Part shown: positions 12,788 through 22,037 of the stretch, one piece after another
Position numbering within the stretch: position 1 is the stretch's first letter
Layout: every line of letters starts with the position of its first letter
Assembly: GCA_963708135.1 (NCBI GenBank)
Contig: OY970192.1
Coordinates: 4,416,001-4,480,000, forward strand
Source of the DNA: an uncultured Gemmatimonadales bacterium
GTDB lineage: Bacteria > Gemmatimonadota > Gemmatimonadetes > Longimicrobiales > RSA9
DNA: 64,000 bases
Direction of reading: 5' to 3'
Program-made: the position numbers and the translations under genes
The notes under the pieces: model-generated
The model's database searches: none
What the model was told of the DNA's origin: nothing
What the model saw: only the letters and a program-made list of their open reading frames with translations

Positions 12788-14007
12788 GGGCGCCGCTGCG
12801 CATCGACGCCCGCGCCGCGCGCGCCGTGCTCATCGCCGCCCAGGGCCTCGATCGGCGGCCCCGCCGGCGCGCCCGGAAGGCGGACGTGCTGGCCGCGATC
12901 CGGCGCATGGGCGCGCTCCAGATCGACACCATCCACGTCGTCGCCCGTAGCCCCTACCTCGTGCTCTGGAGCCGCCTCGGCGAGTACGAGCCCGGCTGGC
13001 TCGACGAGCTCCTGGAGGAGGGCGCGCTCTTCGAGTACTGGGCCCACGAGGCGTGCTTCCTCCCGATCGAGGACTACGCGCTCTTCCGCCACGACATGCT
13101 CGAGCCCGAGAAGATGGGCTGGAAGTACCGGCCGGAGTGGGTCGCCCGCCACCCGCAGCAGGTGGCGGAGGTGCTCGAGCACGTGCGCCGCGAGGGCGCC
13201 GTGCGCTCCGCCGAGTTCGCGCGCTCGGACGGGAAGTCCGGGGCCTGGTGGGGCTGGAAGCCCGAGAAGCGAGCCCTCGAGGCGCTCTTCACCGCGGGAG
13301 AGCTGATGGTGGCGCGCCGCCACAACTTCCAGCGGGTCTACGATCTCCGCGAGCGTGTGCTGCCCGGCTGGGACGACGCCGCCCTGCCGTCGCGGCAGGC
13401 CGTTGCGCGCTCGCTCGCGCTCAAGGCCGTGCGCGCACTCGGCGTCGCCACGGCGCGCTGGGTCGGCGACTACTTCCGGCGCGACCGTCGGCCCACCGCA
13501 GCCCTCGTCCAACGACTCGCCCGGGAAGGCGAGCTGCTCCGCGTCGAGGTGGACGGCTGGAGCGAGCCCGGCTTCGCCCACCCCGAGAACCGCCAGATCG
13601 TCGAGGCCGCCGCCGATCGCGCCCTGCGACCCCGCCTGACCACGCTCCTGTCGCCCTTCGACCCCATCGTCTGGGACCGTGACCGCGCCGCCGCGCTCTT
13701 CGGCTTCGACTATCGCCTCGAGTGCTACACCCCCGCGCCCAAGCGCCGCTACGGCTACTTCTCGCTGCCGATCCTGCGGCGGGGTGCGCTCGTCGGGCGG
13801 CTGGACGCGAAGGCGCACCGCCGCACGGGTGTCTTCGAGGTGAAGCAGCTGCACCTCGAGCCCGGGGCGCGCGTCAGCGACCGCCTGCTCGCCGACCTCG
13901 CCGGCGCCATTCGCGCCTGCGCCGCGTGGCACCGCACGCCGGCGCTCGACGTGCGGCGCACCGCCCCGCCTACCCTCCGCCTGCCGCTGGTCCGGCTGCT
14001 CGCCTGA
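12784..14007 (+). CDS. ycaQ: Winged-helix DNA glycosylase, YcaQ/AlkZ (HTH_42) family, crosslink repair
   Basis: LQIDTIHVVARSPYLVLWSRLG (QxD), FEYWAHEA, LLSPFDPIVWDR, YRLECYTPAPKRRYGYF. Confidence 0.88.
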   Translation: MRAPLRIDARAARAVLIAAQGLDRRPRRRARKADVLAAIRRMGALQIDTIHVVARSPYLVLWSRLGEYEPGWLDELLEEGALFEYWAHEACFLPIEDYALFRHDMLEPEKMGWKYRPEWVARHPQQVAEVLEHVRREGAVRSAEFARSDGKSGAWWGWKPEKRALEALFTAGELMVARRHNFQRVYDLRERVLPGWDDAALPSRQAVARSLALKAVRALGVATARWVGDYFRRDRRPTAALVQRLAREGELLRVEVDGWSEPGFAHPENRQIVEAAADRALRPRLTTLLSPFDPIVWDRDRAAALFGFDYRLECYTPAPKRRYGYFSLPILRRGALVGRLDAKAHRRTGVFEVKQLHLEPGARVSDRLLADLAGAIRACAAWHRTPALDVRRTAPPTLRLPLVRLLA

Positions 14008-14133
14008 TCGCCCGGCCTCCACCTCGCGCCCGGGCCGGCTCCCTCGCCCGCTCCGGCCCCGAATGGTATCGTAAGCGCCGCATTCCCCGCGGGCCGGACC
14101 TTCCGCCCGCGGCGAGCCGCCTGGAAGGGGGGC

Positions 14134-15213
14134 ATGCCGAAGCGCCCGACCGTTCGAGAATCGAGGTTCCTCCGGGCCACGTCCCGGATCCGCGCCACCC
14201 TCGCGGAGCCGGTGCGGCAGCTCCAGCTGTCCGCGGTGTTCCTGCTGATCCTCGTGCTCGTCGGCACGTCGGGCTACATCATCCTTGAGCGGATGACGCC
14301 GCTCGACGCGCTCTACATGACCGTGATCACCCTGACCACGGTCGGCTTCTCGGAGGTGGCGCCGCTCGATGCGGCGGGCAAGATCTTCACGATCTTCCTG
14401 CTCCTCATCGGCGTCGCCGCGGCGGCATGGGCGGTCAGCAATCTGATCGAGATGGTGGTCGGCAGGGCGTTCTGGCTCTCGGTTCAGCGGCGGAGGATGA
14501 GGCACATGGTGAGCACGCTTCGAGGCCACTACATCGTGTGCGGCTACGGCCGGCTGGGCCGCCAGATCGTGCGCGACCTGCGCGCCCGCGGCGAGCCGTT
14601 CATCATCATCGAGATGAACGCCGATCTCGAGCACGAGCTGCTCGAGACCCAGCTGCCGCACCTGATCCGCGACGCCACGCAGGAGGAGGCTCTGCTCGAG
14701 GCCGGCATCGAGAGAGCGCGCGGCCTCGTCGCCGCGCTCGACTCCGATGCCAACAACGTGCTCACCGTGCTCACGGCCCGCGAGCTCAAGTCCGGGCTGC
14801 TCATCGTCTCGCGCGCCAACGTCGAGGCCGTCGAGAGCAAGCTGCGCCGGGCCGGCGCCGACCGCGTCATCACCCCTGAGTCCATCGGCGGGCACCGCCT
14901 CGCCCTGGCCCTCCTGCGCCCCGCCGTGGACGACTTCTTCGGCCGCGTCTTCACCCTGGGCGTGGAGCCGGACGTCGACGTCGGGCAGATCATGGTGCCC
15001 GGCGATTCTCCCTTCGCCGGCCAGACCCTGGCCGACTGCGACCTGCGCCGCATGCGCAACGTCTCGATCCTCGCCATCCGCGCGCCCAGCGGCGAGTTCG
15101 ACCTGACGCCCGCGCCGCAGCGCGTCATCGCCGCCGGCGAGACGCTCATCGTGATCGGCCCCGCCGAAGCCATCTACGAGCTCGAGGCGATGTACAGCAC
15201 GGAGGGGGAATAG
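14134..15213 (+). CDS. Potassium channel protein (2TM pore plus TrkA-N/TrkA-C RCK domains)
   Basis: ALYMTVITLTTVGFSEV filter, HYIVCGYGRLG, AGADRVITP, C-terminal TrkA-C. Confidence 0.92.
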   Translation: MPKRPTVRESRFLRATSRIRATLAEPVRQLQLSAVFLLILVLVGTSGYIILERMTPLDALYMTVITLTTVGFSEVAPLDAAGKIFTIFLLLIGVAAAAWAVSNLIEMVVGRAFWLSVQRRRMRHMVSTLRGHYIVCGYGRLGRQIVRDLRARGEPFIIIEMNADLEHELLETQLPHLIRDATQEEALLEAGIERARGLVAALDSDANNVLTVLTARELKSGLLIVSRANVEAVESKLRRAGADRVITPESIGGHRLALALLRPAVDDFFGRVFTLGVEPDVDVGQIMVPGDSPFAGQTLADCDLRRMRNVSILAIRAPSGEFDLTPAPQRVIAAGETLIVIGPAEAIYELEAMYSTEGE

Positions 15214-15271
15214 CTGCAGTGGAGCGGCTCTGCCGCCCGCAGATCCGACCCTCGGACCGGCCCCGGGCCGC

Positions 15272-16300
15272 CTACCCGGCGACGATCACATCCTCTACCG
15301 GTCGCCGCGGCGTATGCGGCGTCGGCTTGCCGCGGCCGAGCCGCAGGATGAGCTGCGGCTGGCCCTCGAGCCCCAGCGTCTCCCGCAGCCGCCGGCGCAG
15401 GTCCGGCACCTGGATCGGCTGGTTCAGGTAGGAGGCCCAAACGTCGTCCGCGGCCGCCCGGAGCAGCACCCGCCCTAGCGCCTGGCCGGCCGCCATCCAC
15501 GCCCGTGGCGAATCGAAGTCCGTCGAGATCACCACCAGCGCCGGTGCCCGCTCGGCCATGCGGCGGTCGCGCGCGCTCATGAGCCAGCCGGTGTCGAAGT
15601 CCTTCACGATCGCCGCGCCGATCGGAGCCACGAAGTCCGGCACCCCGAACGCCGCGCCCGGCATCCCGTCCTGCGCATCGGGTCCCGTGTGCAGCCACGA
15701 CGCCAGCTCCACGCGGAACGCCGAGTTGCCGAGCAGCAACCGGTCGCCTTCCGCGATGAGGTCGGCGATCTGCTCGCGAACCTCCTCACCCTCCACGAAG
15801 CGAAGCGACGCCTTCTCCTCGCGCCCCCCATCCTTCAGCGCCGCCACGAGCGCCGGCGGCAGCTTGCGCTCGCTCGAGGCGAGGCGGTTCGTGTGCCGCG
15901 CCGGGATCGCCGCGAACATCCACTCCTCCTCCGCCATCGGCTCGCGCGCCGCGCCCAGGTGCACCACGGCCAGCCGGTCCGGGTCATCCGCGTCCGGGCA
16001 TACCGACCAGTACGCCTCGTGCCCGAAGTGCCTGATCGCCAGCCGGAGGAAGAACAGCGCCGCGCCCGCCGAGATCACGAGCTCCCGGTTGTCGGGATCG
16101 ATCGCCGGCAGCTCCCGCGTGCGATCGGCCAGGATGATGATGGAGTCGCCTTCGATCTGGAACTGCCACGGCTGGGTGTTGTGCGTCGAAGGGGCGAGAA
16201 TCGCGTAGCGCAGCAGGAAGCGCAGCTTCTCGGACGCCGTGCCGTCCCGGGGATACTCCGACTCCGGGATCGTCCACGGATCGAGCAGGAGCTCAGGCAT
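15272..16300 (-). CDS. Acg-family FMN-binding nitroreductase-like protein
   Basis: AILAPSTHNTQPW, DPDNRELVISAGAA, RHTNR, W..AGQAL.RVLL, LNQPIQVP, PQLILRLG..TPRRP. Confidence 0.88.
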   Translation of the reverse strand: MPELLLDPWTIPESEYPRDGTASEKLRFLLRYAILAPSTHNTQPWQFQIEGDSIIILADRTRELPAIDPDNRELVISAGAALFFLRLAIRHFGHEAYWSVCPDADDPDRLAVVHLGAAREPMAEEEWMFAAIPARHTNRLASSERKLPPALVAALKDGGREEKASLRFVEGEEVREQIADLIAEGDRLLLGNSAFRVELASWLHTGPDAQDGMPGAAFGVPDFVAPIGAAIVKDFDTGWLMSARDRRMAERAPALVVISTDFDSPRAWMAAGQALGRVLLRAAADDVWASYLNQPIQVPDLRRRLRETLGLEGQPQLILRLGRGKPTPHTPRRPVEDVIVAG

Positions 16301-16363
16301 CGGACCCACCTTTCTGGTACCGGTCCCGCGGCGGCCTCGCCGCGTTCACCGGCACTCCAGGTG

Positions 16364-16379
16364 GACAACATCCGTGCCC
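16364..16379 (-). promoter_or_regulatory. Sigma54-type -24/-12 promoter candidate (acg gene)
   Basis: GGGCACG-GATG-TTGTC versus consensus TGGCACG-N4-TTGCW. Confidence 0.5.
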
Positions 16380-16601
16380 CGTCCCCGCCGCCGGCGGCCT
16401 CGCCGGAAATCATACGTGCCCCAGTGGTTTTGGCGCGGCGCAGAGGCAGGGCGGGATCGTGGCGGCGGCCGGACATTTTGCCCGCCGGGTGCGCATCCTG
16501 GCGACAATTCGCGACCGCACGTCCATCCACGGCCCCCCGCCCGCTGCCGTTCCCGGAGGGCGCGCGCTCTCGGGGCCCGCGCGGCGCCTCCGATCACGAG
16601 G

Positions 16602-17117
16602 TCACGACCTGGGCGAGAGCATCATCACGAGCTGGCGCCCGTCCACCCGATCGCTGCGCGTATCGACCGTGGCGATCTCGTCCAGCTCGTCCACCAGGTG
16701 GTCCAGCACCCGCTGCCCCAGCTCCGGCCGGCGCAGCTCGCCGCGCCGGAACCGCACCGTTGCCTTCACCTTCTTGCCCTTGCTCAGGAAACGCTTCGCG
16801 TTCCGCAGCTTGAAGGCGAAGTCGTGGTCGTCCGTCTTCGGACGGAACTTGATCTCCTTCACGTCGATCGTGTGCTGCCGCCGCTTCGCTTCCTTCGCCC
16901 GCTTCTGCTGCTCGTACAGGAACTTGCCATAGTCCATGATGCGGACCACCGGCGGGCGCGCTCCCGGCGCCACCTCCACCAGGTCGAGGCCGGCGTCGGC
17001 CGCCGTGTCCTTCGCCTCGTCCAGTCCCACGATCCCAAGCTGCTCCCCGTCCGCCGCGATCAGGCGGACCGGACTGATGCGGATCTGTTCGTTCACCCTC
17101 GTGCGCGTGCGAGCTAT
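16602..17117 (-). CDS. infC: Translation initiation factor IF-3; probable non-AUG start (ATA 17117 or ATC 17120)
   Basis: RVNEQIR..VRLI..DGEQLG, LDLVEVAP.ARPPV.RIMDYGKF, VKEIKFRP..DDHD; GGAGGT SD followed by GC-ATC-ATA in frame. Confidence 0.93.
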   Translation of the reverse strand: MARTRTRVNEQIRISPVRLIAADGEQLGIVGLDEAKDTAADAGLDLVEVAPGARPPVVRIMDYGKFLYEQQKRAKEAKRRQHTIDVKEIKFRPKTDDHDFAFKLRNAKRFLSKGKKVKATVRFRRGELRRPELGQRVLDHLVDELDEIATVDTRSDRVDGRQLVMMLSPRS

Positions 17118-17327
17118 GATGCACCTCCGTGTGACGGTTCCATTCGGGGAGGCCACGGCCTCCCACCCTCTCGATTCGGCCTACCCCCGACTGCACGTTC
17201 GGCTCCATCGCACCCCCGGCGAGTCGCCAAACACCCCACCCGCGAGTTCTTGTCAGCGCCACGCGACATGGGTGCAAGTGATTGTGTCACAATGGGGTAC
17301 GTGCCCATGCGCGCAGCCCGGGCCAGG

Positions 17328-17343
17328 CGGAACGAGCGTTGCC
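17328..17343 (+). promoter_or_regulatory. Sigma54-type promoter candidate (usp gene)
   Basis: CGGAACG-AGCG-TTGCC with exact GG-N10-GC spacing. Confidence 0.55.
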
Positions 17344-17429
17344 TCCGCCGTATCTCCCGAACGCTCGTCCCAACCTGGCGGGCCGGTCATCGCCGGTCGC
17401 CTGTTCCGCTGGATGGCTGGAGGTGTCCG

Positions 17430-18365
17430 ATGTACCGCTCCATCCTGGTCCCCCTCGACGGCTCCGCCTTCGGGGAGCACGCGCTGCCGCTGGCCCTCGG
17501 GCTCGCGAGCCGCACGCAGGCCGAGCTGCACCTGGTCCACGTCCACACCCCGGTCGCGGGAGTGGAGTTCGAGGCGATCACGCCGTATCGGTTCGAGGGG
17601 ATGGGCGAGTACGACGAAGACCGCGAGACCGCGGGGGCGGAGAACCGCTACCTCGAGTCCCTGGCGGAGCGGCTCGCCCGGACGGGCGTGAACACGACGA
17701 CGGCGCTGATCTCCGGGCCGACCACCGCCGCGCTGCTCGCGCACTCCCGCTCGTGGCGGCCGGACCTGCTCGTCATGGCCACGCACGGCCGGGGGCCGGT
17801 GGACCGGGCGCGGTTCGGCAGCATCGCGGACCCGCTCGTGCGCCGCTCGACGGTGCCGGTGCTGCTCGTGCGCGGGCGCGACGGCCAGGGCGGGTCGCTG
17901 GAGGAGGCGCTCCACGTTCGCCGCGTGCTCGTCCCCCTCGACGGCTCGACGCTGGCCGAGGAGGTGCTGCCCCACGCCGTCGGCCTGGCCCACCTGCTCG
18001 GGGCGGAGCTCCTGCTGCTACGCGCCCTGATCCCCACGATGAGCCCGGCGCTGACCTTCTCCGGGACGGGAACGGACTTCACGCGCACGGCCGAGCGCGC
18101 GAGCGATGCCGAGGCGTACCTGGCCGACCTGGCCGACGAGCTCGCCACCGGCGGGATGAATGCCGCCGTGCGCGTCGAGGACGGGCCCGATGCGGCCGAC
18201 ACCATCGTGCGCGTCGCCGAGGAGGAGCCGGAGACCCTCATCGCCATGGCGACCCACGGCCGCAGCGGCTTCACGCGCATGATGCTCGGCAGCGTGACCG
18301 ACCGAGTCGTCCGCGCCGCCCAGACCCCCGTCTTCATCCGCCGCCCCACGCCGCCGGCGATGTGA
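17430..18365 (+). CDS. Universal stress protein, tandem USP domains
   Basis: ILVPLDGS and MATHGR..GS each occur twice; GGAGGT SD. Confidence 0.93.
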   Translation: MYRSILVPLDGSAFGEHALPLALGLASRTQAELHLVHVHTPVAGVEFEAITPYRFEGMGEYDEDRETAGAENRYLESLAERLARTGVNTTTALISGPTTAALLAHSRSWRPDLLVMATHGRGPVDRARFGSIADPLVRRSTVPVLLVRGRDGQGGSLEEALHVRRVLVPLDGSTLAEEVLPHAVGLAHLLGAELLLLRALIPTMSPALTFSGTGTDFTRTAERASDAEAYLADLADELATGGMNAAVRVEDGPDAADTIVRVAEEEPETLIAMATHGRSGFTRMMLGSVTDRVVRAAQTPVFIRRPTPPAM

Positions 18366-18497
18366 CCGATCGCCGACGCTCCAACGGCGGCGCCAGGGCG
18401 GGAGAGTGGGGGAGCGGGAGACGCGGCACCCCGCGCGGGGATGCTCGCGTTTCCGCCTCCCCTCACGCCCACCCGCAGTCTTCCGTCTGCCGGAGGC

Positions 18498-19241
18498 TCA
18501 CCCCGCCGCCGACGCTCCCGCTCCCGGCATGACCGCCGCCCGGATCATGCCCGGGATGGCGTAGATCAGCCAGGCGCCCGCGGCCACGGCTACGGCCCGG
18601 CCCTTCGTCGTCCGGCCGATGACGTAAACGCCGACGGCGAAGAGCACGGCCTGCCAGATGGCGAACAGGTCGAGGCGCGCGAGCAGCGGCACCAGCGCGG
18701 CCGGCACGGCGTCCTTGGGCATGAAGCGCATGATGCCGAAGGAGAAGTCGCGCACCACGTCGACCGCGCCGCCCTGGTTCGACTTCAGGATGATCAGCAC
18801 CGAGGCGATGATCTGCTGCAGGATGCCGACGTACGCGGCATAGACGGCGATGAGCACGCCCTGCCCGAAGCGCAGCGTGATGCCGGCGAGCCGTGAGAAG
18901 CCCCAGATGAGGAGGCCGGTGAACACGACGCTCACGCCGATCCCGATCGGCACGAACAGCCCGCCAAGCATCTGGAACGTGTGCATCGCGCCCGAGGACG
19001 GCGCCTGCGCGCCGGCCGGCAGCTGCGCGCGCATGGCGGACTCCATGACCGCCGTGTTGGCCGGCAGGAACACGTAGTACAGCACGATCGAGATCACGAC
19101 GAGGATGATGAAGGGCGTCAACCAGCTCTCCTCGGCCCTGCGGGCGAACAGCTGGCCGGGCGAAAGGAACACGTCCACCAGGTCCTCCCAGCGCGCGGCG
19201 CGCCGCGGCTGCGTCTCCGACTGCGTCGTGGTCGTCTCCAT
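18498..19241 (-). CDS. YIP1-family membrane protein
   Basis: LVDVFLSPGQLF N-terminus, 5 TM segments, LARLDLFAIW. Confidence 0.75.
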   Translation of the reverse strand: METTTTQSETQPRRAARWEDLVDVFLSPGQLFARRAEESWLTPFIILVVISIVLYYVFLPANTAVMESAMRAQLPAGAQAPSSGAMHTFQMLGGLFVPIGIGVSVVFTGLLIWGFSRLAGITLRFGQGVLIAVYAAYVGILQQIIASVLIILKSNQGGAVDVVRDFSFGIMRFMPKDAVPAALVPLLARLDLFAIWQAVLFAVGVYVIGRTTKGRAVAVAAGAWLIYAIPGMIRAAVMPGAGASAAG

Positions 19242-19345
19242 GAGGTCGGCTACCGGTTGGCGGGGGAGCGATGAGCGGCCGCGCAGTGGCGCACGGTCCT
19301 CAGGTCATGTATTAATGCGATGTTCGCGCGCATGCAACGGCCCTG

Positions 19346-19361
19346 CGGAACGGTTCCTGCC
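19346..19361 (+). promoter_or_regulatory. Sigma54-type promoter candidate
   Basis: CGGAACG-GTTC-CTGCC with GG-N10-GC spacing, 45 nt before ATG 19407. Confidence 0.45.
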
Positions 19362-19406
19362 ATTCCGGGCCGGGGCCGGTCTGCAGACAGGCATCGGGAG
19401 AGGATC

Positions 19407-19772
19407 ATGAGTGCGGAGATGCTCGAGCGGGATGACCTCACGGTCTACGTGATCGCCGGGGTGCCCCGTTCGTTCAAGCGCAAGCTCAAGGAGTACGTGA
19501 AGAACGAGGCCAAGGGCGAGAGCGACGTGATGCAGCTCGATGGCGAAATGCAGGAGTGGCTGCTCGCCCGGCTGCGCGACGAGAAGCGCGCGCGCTCCGA
19601 TCGCACGCCCGCATCCAGCGCCCTGTGGCGCGCCTACAGCGCCCTCAGTGCCGCCCGCTTCCACCTGGCCGACCACTCCGAGGAGGAGGAGAAGGTGCGC
19701 GAGCTCCGCCGCAAGGTCGAGGACCTGTGGCGCGAGGTGAGCCCGATGTTCGAGGACGAGACCGCCGCCTGA
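19407..19772 (+). CDS. Hypothetical helical cytoplasmic protein (121 aa)
   Basis: GGGAGAGG SD, strong GC3 bias, charged helical composition. Confidence 0.75.
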   Translation: MSAEMLERDDLTVYVIAGVPRSFKRKLKEYVKNEAKGESDVMQLDGEMQEWLLARLRDEKRARSDRTPASSALWRAYSALSAARFHLADHSEEEEKVRELRRKVEDLWREVSPMFEDETAA

Positions 19773-19925
19773 CCCGCGGGGCGGAGCCCCCTTCCGTCCG
19801 CCTCGCCCGGTTTTTCCGTCCTCCCGTCTGGAAGGGTTGTGCCGCAGCCCCGAGCACGCCACTTTTCCAGCGCCGCCGACCGTGCGGCGGCCCCCTTCCA
19901 AGCCGCTCCACCAGGAGACCCCGAG

Positions 19926-21971
19926 ATGAGGCCGATTCGCCGCATCGCAGCCGCCGCCCTCGCCGCCGCAGCGCTGGCCGTCCCCGCGCGTGCGCAGGCT
20001 CCGCGCACGATGACCATCGTGGACCTGATCGATCTGCCCTCCCTCTCGAGCGCGTCGCTCTCGCCCGACGGCGCGCGCATCGTCTACGCCCGCAGCGAGC
20101 CGGACTGGAAGGCGGACCGGCGCGTTTCGCACCTCTGGATCGCGGACGTGGCCACCGGCCGCTCCACCCAGATCACCTCCGGCGAGCACGGCGAGAGCGG
20201 GCCCGCGTTCTCGCCGGACGGGCGCTGGGTCGCCTTCACGACCCGCCGCGGCGAGGACGAGGCGAACCAGGTCTACCTGCTGCCGATGGCCGGCGGCGAG
20301 GCCGTGCGGCTGACCCGGCACGCGACGGGGACGTTCGACCTCACCTGGGCGCCCGACGGCTCCGCCGTCTACTTCCGCGCGGCCGATCCCCGCAGCGCGG
20401 AGGAAAAGGCCGCCCAGAAGGCCAAGGACGATGTCTTCGCCTTCGACGAGAACTACCAGCAGGACCACCTGTGGAAGGTCTCCGTCCCGGACGGCAAGGA
20501 GACTCGCATCACCAGTGGCGACTACGACGTCTCCGGCTACGACCTCTCCCGCGACGGCGCCCGCCTCGTCGTGCACCGCGCGCCGAACCCGCTCTACGGC
20601 TACGCCGACCGCGGCGAGCTGTGGATCATGGACGCTTCGGGGCAGGGCGCGCTCCAGCTCACGCGGGACACCGTCATGGAGGGCGGCGGCGAGCTCTCGC
20701 CGGATGGTTCCGAGGTGCTCTTCACCTGCGGCTGCAACGCGGGTCTCGAGGTCTATCACAACACGAAGATGTTTCTCGTGCCAGCGGCCGGCGGCGCGCC
20801 CCGCATGCTGCTCCCCGACATGACGGCCGAGGTCGAGCGCGCCAGCTGGTCGAAGGACGGCAAGGCGATTTACTTCACGGCCAACATGGGCGTGCACAGC
20901 GAGCTGTTCCGCTACGACCTGGGCAGCGGCAAGGCGACCCGGCTCACCGATGGGCAGCACGCGTTGCGCTGGAGCTACGAGCCGAGGAGCGGCACGCACA
21001 TCCTCCAGATCGACCGGCCGGACAATGCCGGGGACATCTACCTCCTCGCCTCGGATGACGGCAAGCCCCGCCAGGTCACCCACGTCTACGACCATTACGC
21101 CGCCGACTTCCGCCTGCCGCGTCAGGAGAAGATCACCTGGAAGGGCGTCGATGGCGTCGAGGTCGAGGGGCTGCTCTACTATCCGCTCGACTACCAGCAG
21201 GGCCGGCGCTACCCGCTCGTCGTCCAGTCCCACGGCGGTCCGCAGGCCTCCGTCAAGTTCGGCTTCGGCCACTGGAGCAACTTCACCCAGGTGCTCACCG
21301 CCATGGGCTACGCCGTGCTCCAGCCCAACTACCGCGGCAGCACCGGCTACGGCGACGCCTTCCAGCGCGACATGGTCGGCCACTACTTCAACCACGCGCA
21401 CACCGACGTAATGCGCGGCGTGGACCGCGTCATCGCCATGGGCATCGCGGCGCCCGACAGCCTCGTCGCCATGGGCTGGAGCGCCGGCGGCCACATGACC
21501 GACAAGCTCATCACCTTCACCGACCGCTTCAAGGCCGCGTCCTCCGGCGCCGGCGCCGCCAACTGGATCTCGATGTACGCGCAGAGCGACGTTCGCACCT
21601 ACCGCACGCCGTGGTTCCTCGGCACGCCGTGGCAGAAGAACGCGCCCATCCAGGCCTTCTGGGACAACTCGCCGCTCAAGGACGTCTGGAAGGTGAAGAC
21701 GCCCACCATCTTCCTCGTCGGCCAGCAGGACCCGCGCGTGCCGATGCCGCAGTCCGTGGAGATGTACCGGGCGCTGCACACCAACGGCGTGCCCACGCAC
21801 CTCTACGTCGCGCCGCGCGAGCCGCACGGCTGGCAGGAGCTCCGCCACGAGCTGTTCCAGGTCAACGCCGACCTGAGCTGGTTCGAGAAGTGGGTACGCG
21901 GCCGCGACTACACGTGGGAGAAGGCGCCGGGGACGGCGCACGGCGGGGCCGAGCTGTCGGACGGGAAATAG
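19926..21971 (+). CDS. Secreted S9-family peptidase (beta-propeller plus alpha/beta hydrolase)
   Basis: Signal peptide, SPDG repeats, HGGP, NYRGSTGYG, GWSAGG nucleophile, DPRVP, EPHG. Confidence 0.93.
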   Translation: MRPIRRIAAAALAAAALAVPARAQAPRTMTIVDLIDLPSLSSASLSPDGARIVYARSEPDWKADRRVSHLWIADVATGRSTQITSGEHGESGPAFSPDGRWVAFTTRRGEDEANQVYLLPMAGGEAVRLTRHATGTFDLTWAPDGSAVYFRAADPRSAEEKAAQKAKDDVFAFDENYQQDHLWKVSVPDGKETRITSGDYDVSGYDLSRDGARLVVHRAPNPLYGYADRGELWIMDASGQGALQLTRDTVMEGGGELSPDGSEVLFTCGCNAGLEVYHNTKMFLVPAAGGAPRMLLPDMTAEVERASWSKDGKAIYFTANMGVHSELFRYDLGSGKATRLTDGQHALRWSYEPRSGTHILQIDRPDNAGDIYLLASDDGKPRQVTHVYDHYAADFRLPRQEKITWKGVDGVEVEGLLYYPLDYQQGRRYPLVVQSHGGPQASVKFGFGHWSNFTQVLTAMGYAVLQPNYRGSTGYGDAFQRDMVGHYFNHAHTDVMRGVDRVIAMGIAAPDSLVAMGWSAGGHMTDKLITFTDRFKAASSGAGAANWISMYAQSDVRTYRTPWFLGTPWQKNAPIQAFWDNSPLKDVWKVKTPTIFLVGQQDPRVPMPQSVEMYRALHTNGVPTHLYVAPREPHGWQELRHELFQVNADLSWFEKWVRGRDYTWEKAPGTAHGGAELSDGK

Positions 21972-21974
21972 CGC

Positions 21975-22037
21975 GGCTCGGGGCGCGGGGCTCGGGGTGC
22001 AATGTCCCCGAGCCCCGAGCCTCCAGCGCCGAGCCCC
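21975..22037. repeat. Palindromic heptamer array (GGCTCGG)x3 / (CCGAGCC)x4 between convergent genes
   Basis: ggctcgg-ggcgcgg-ggctcgg-gg, loop tgcaatgt, cc-ccgagcc-ccgagcc-tccagcg-ccgagcc; related array at 3140-3172. Confidence 0.7.
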
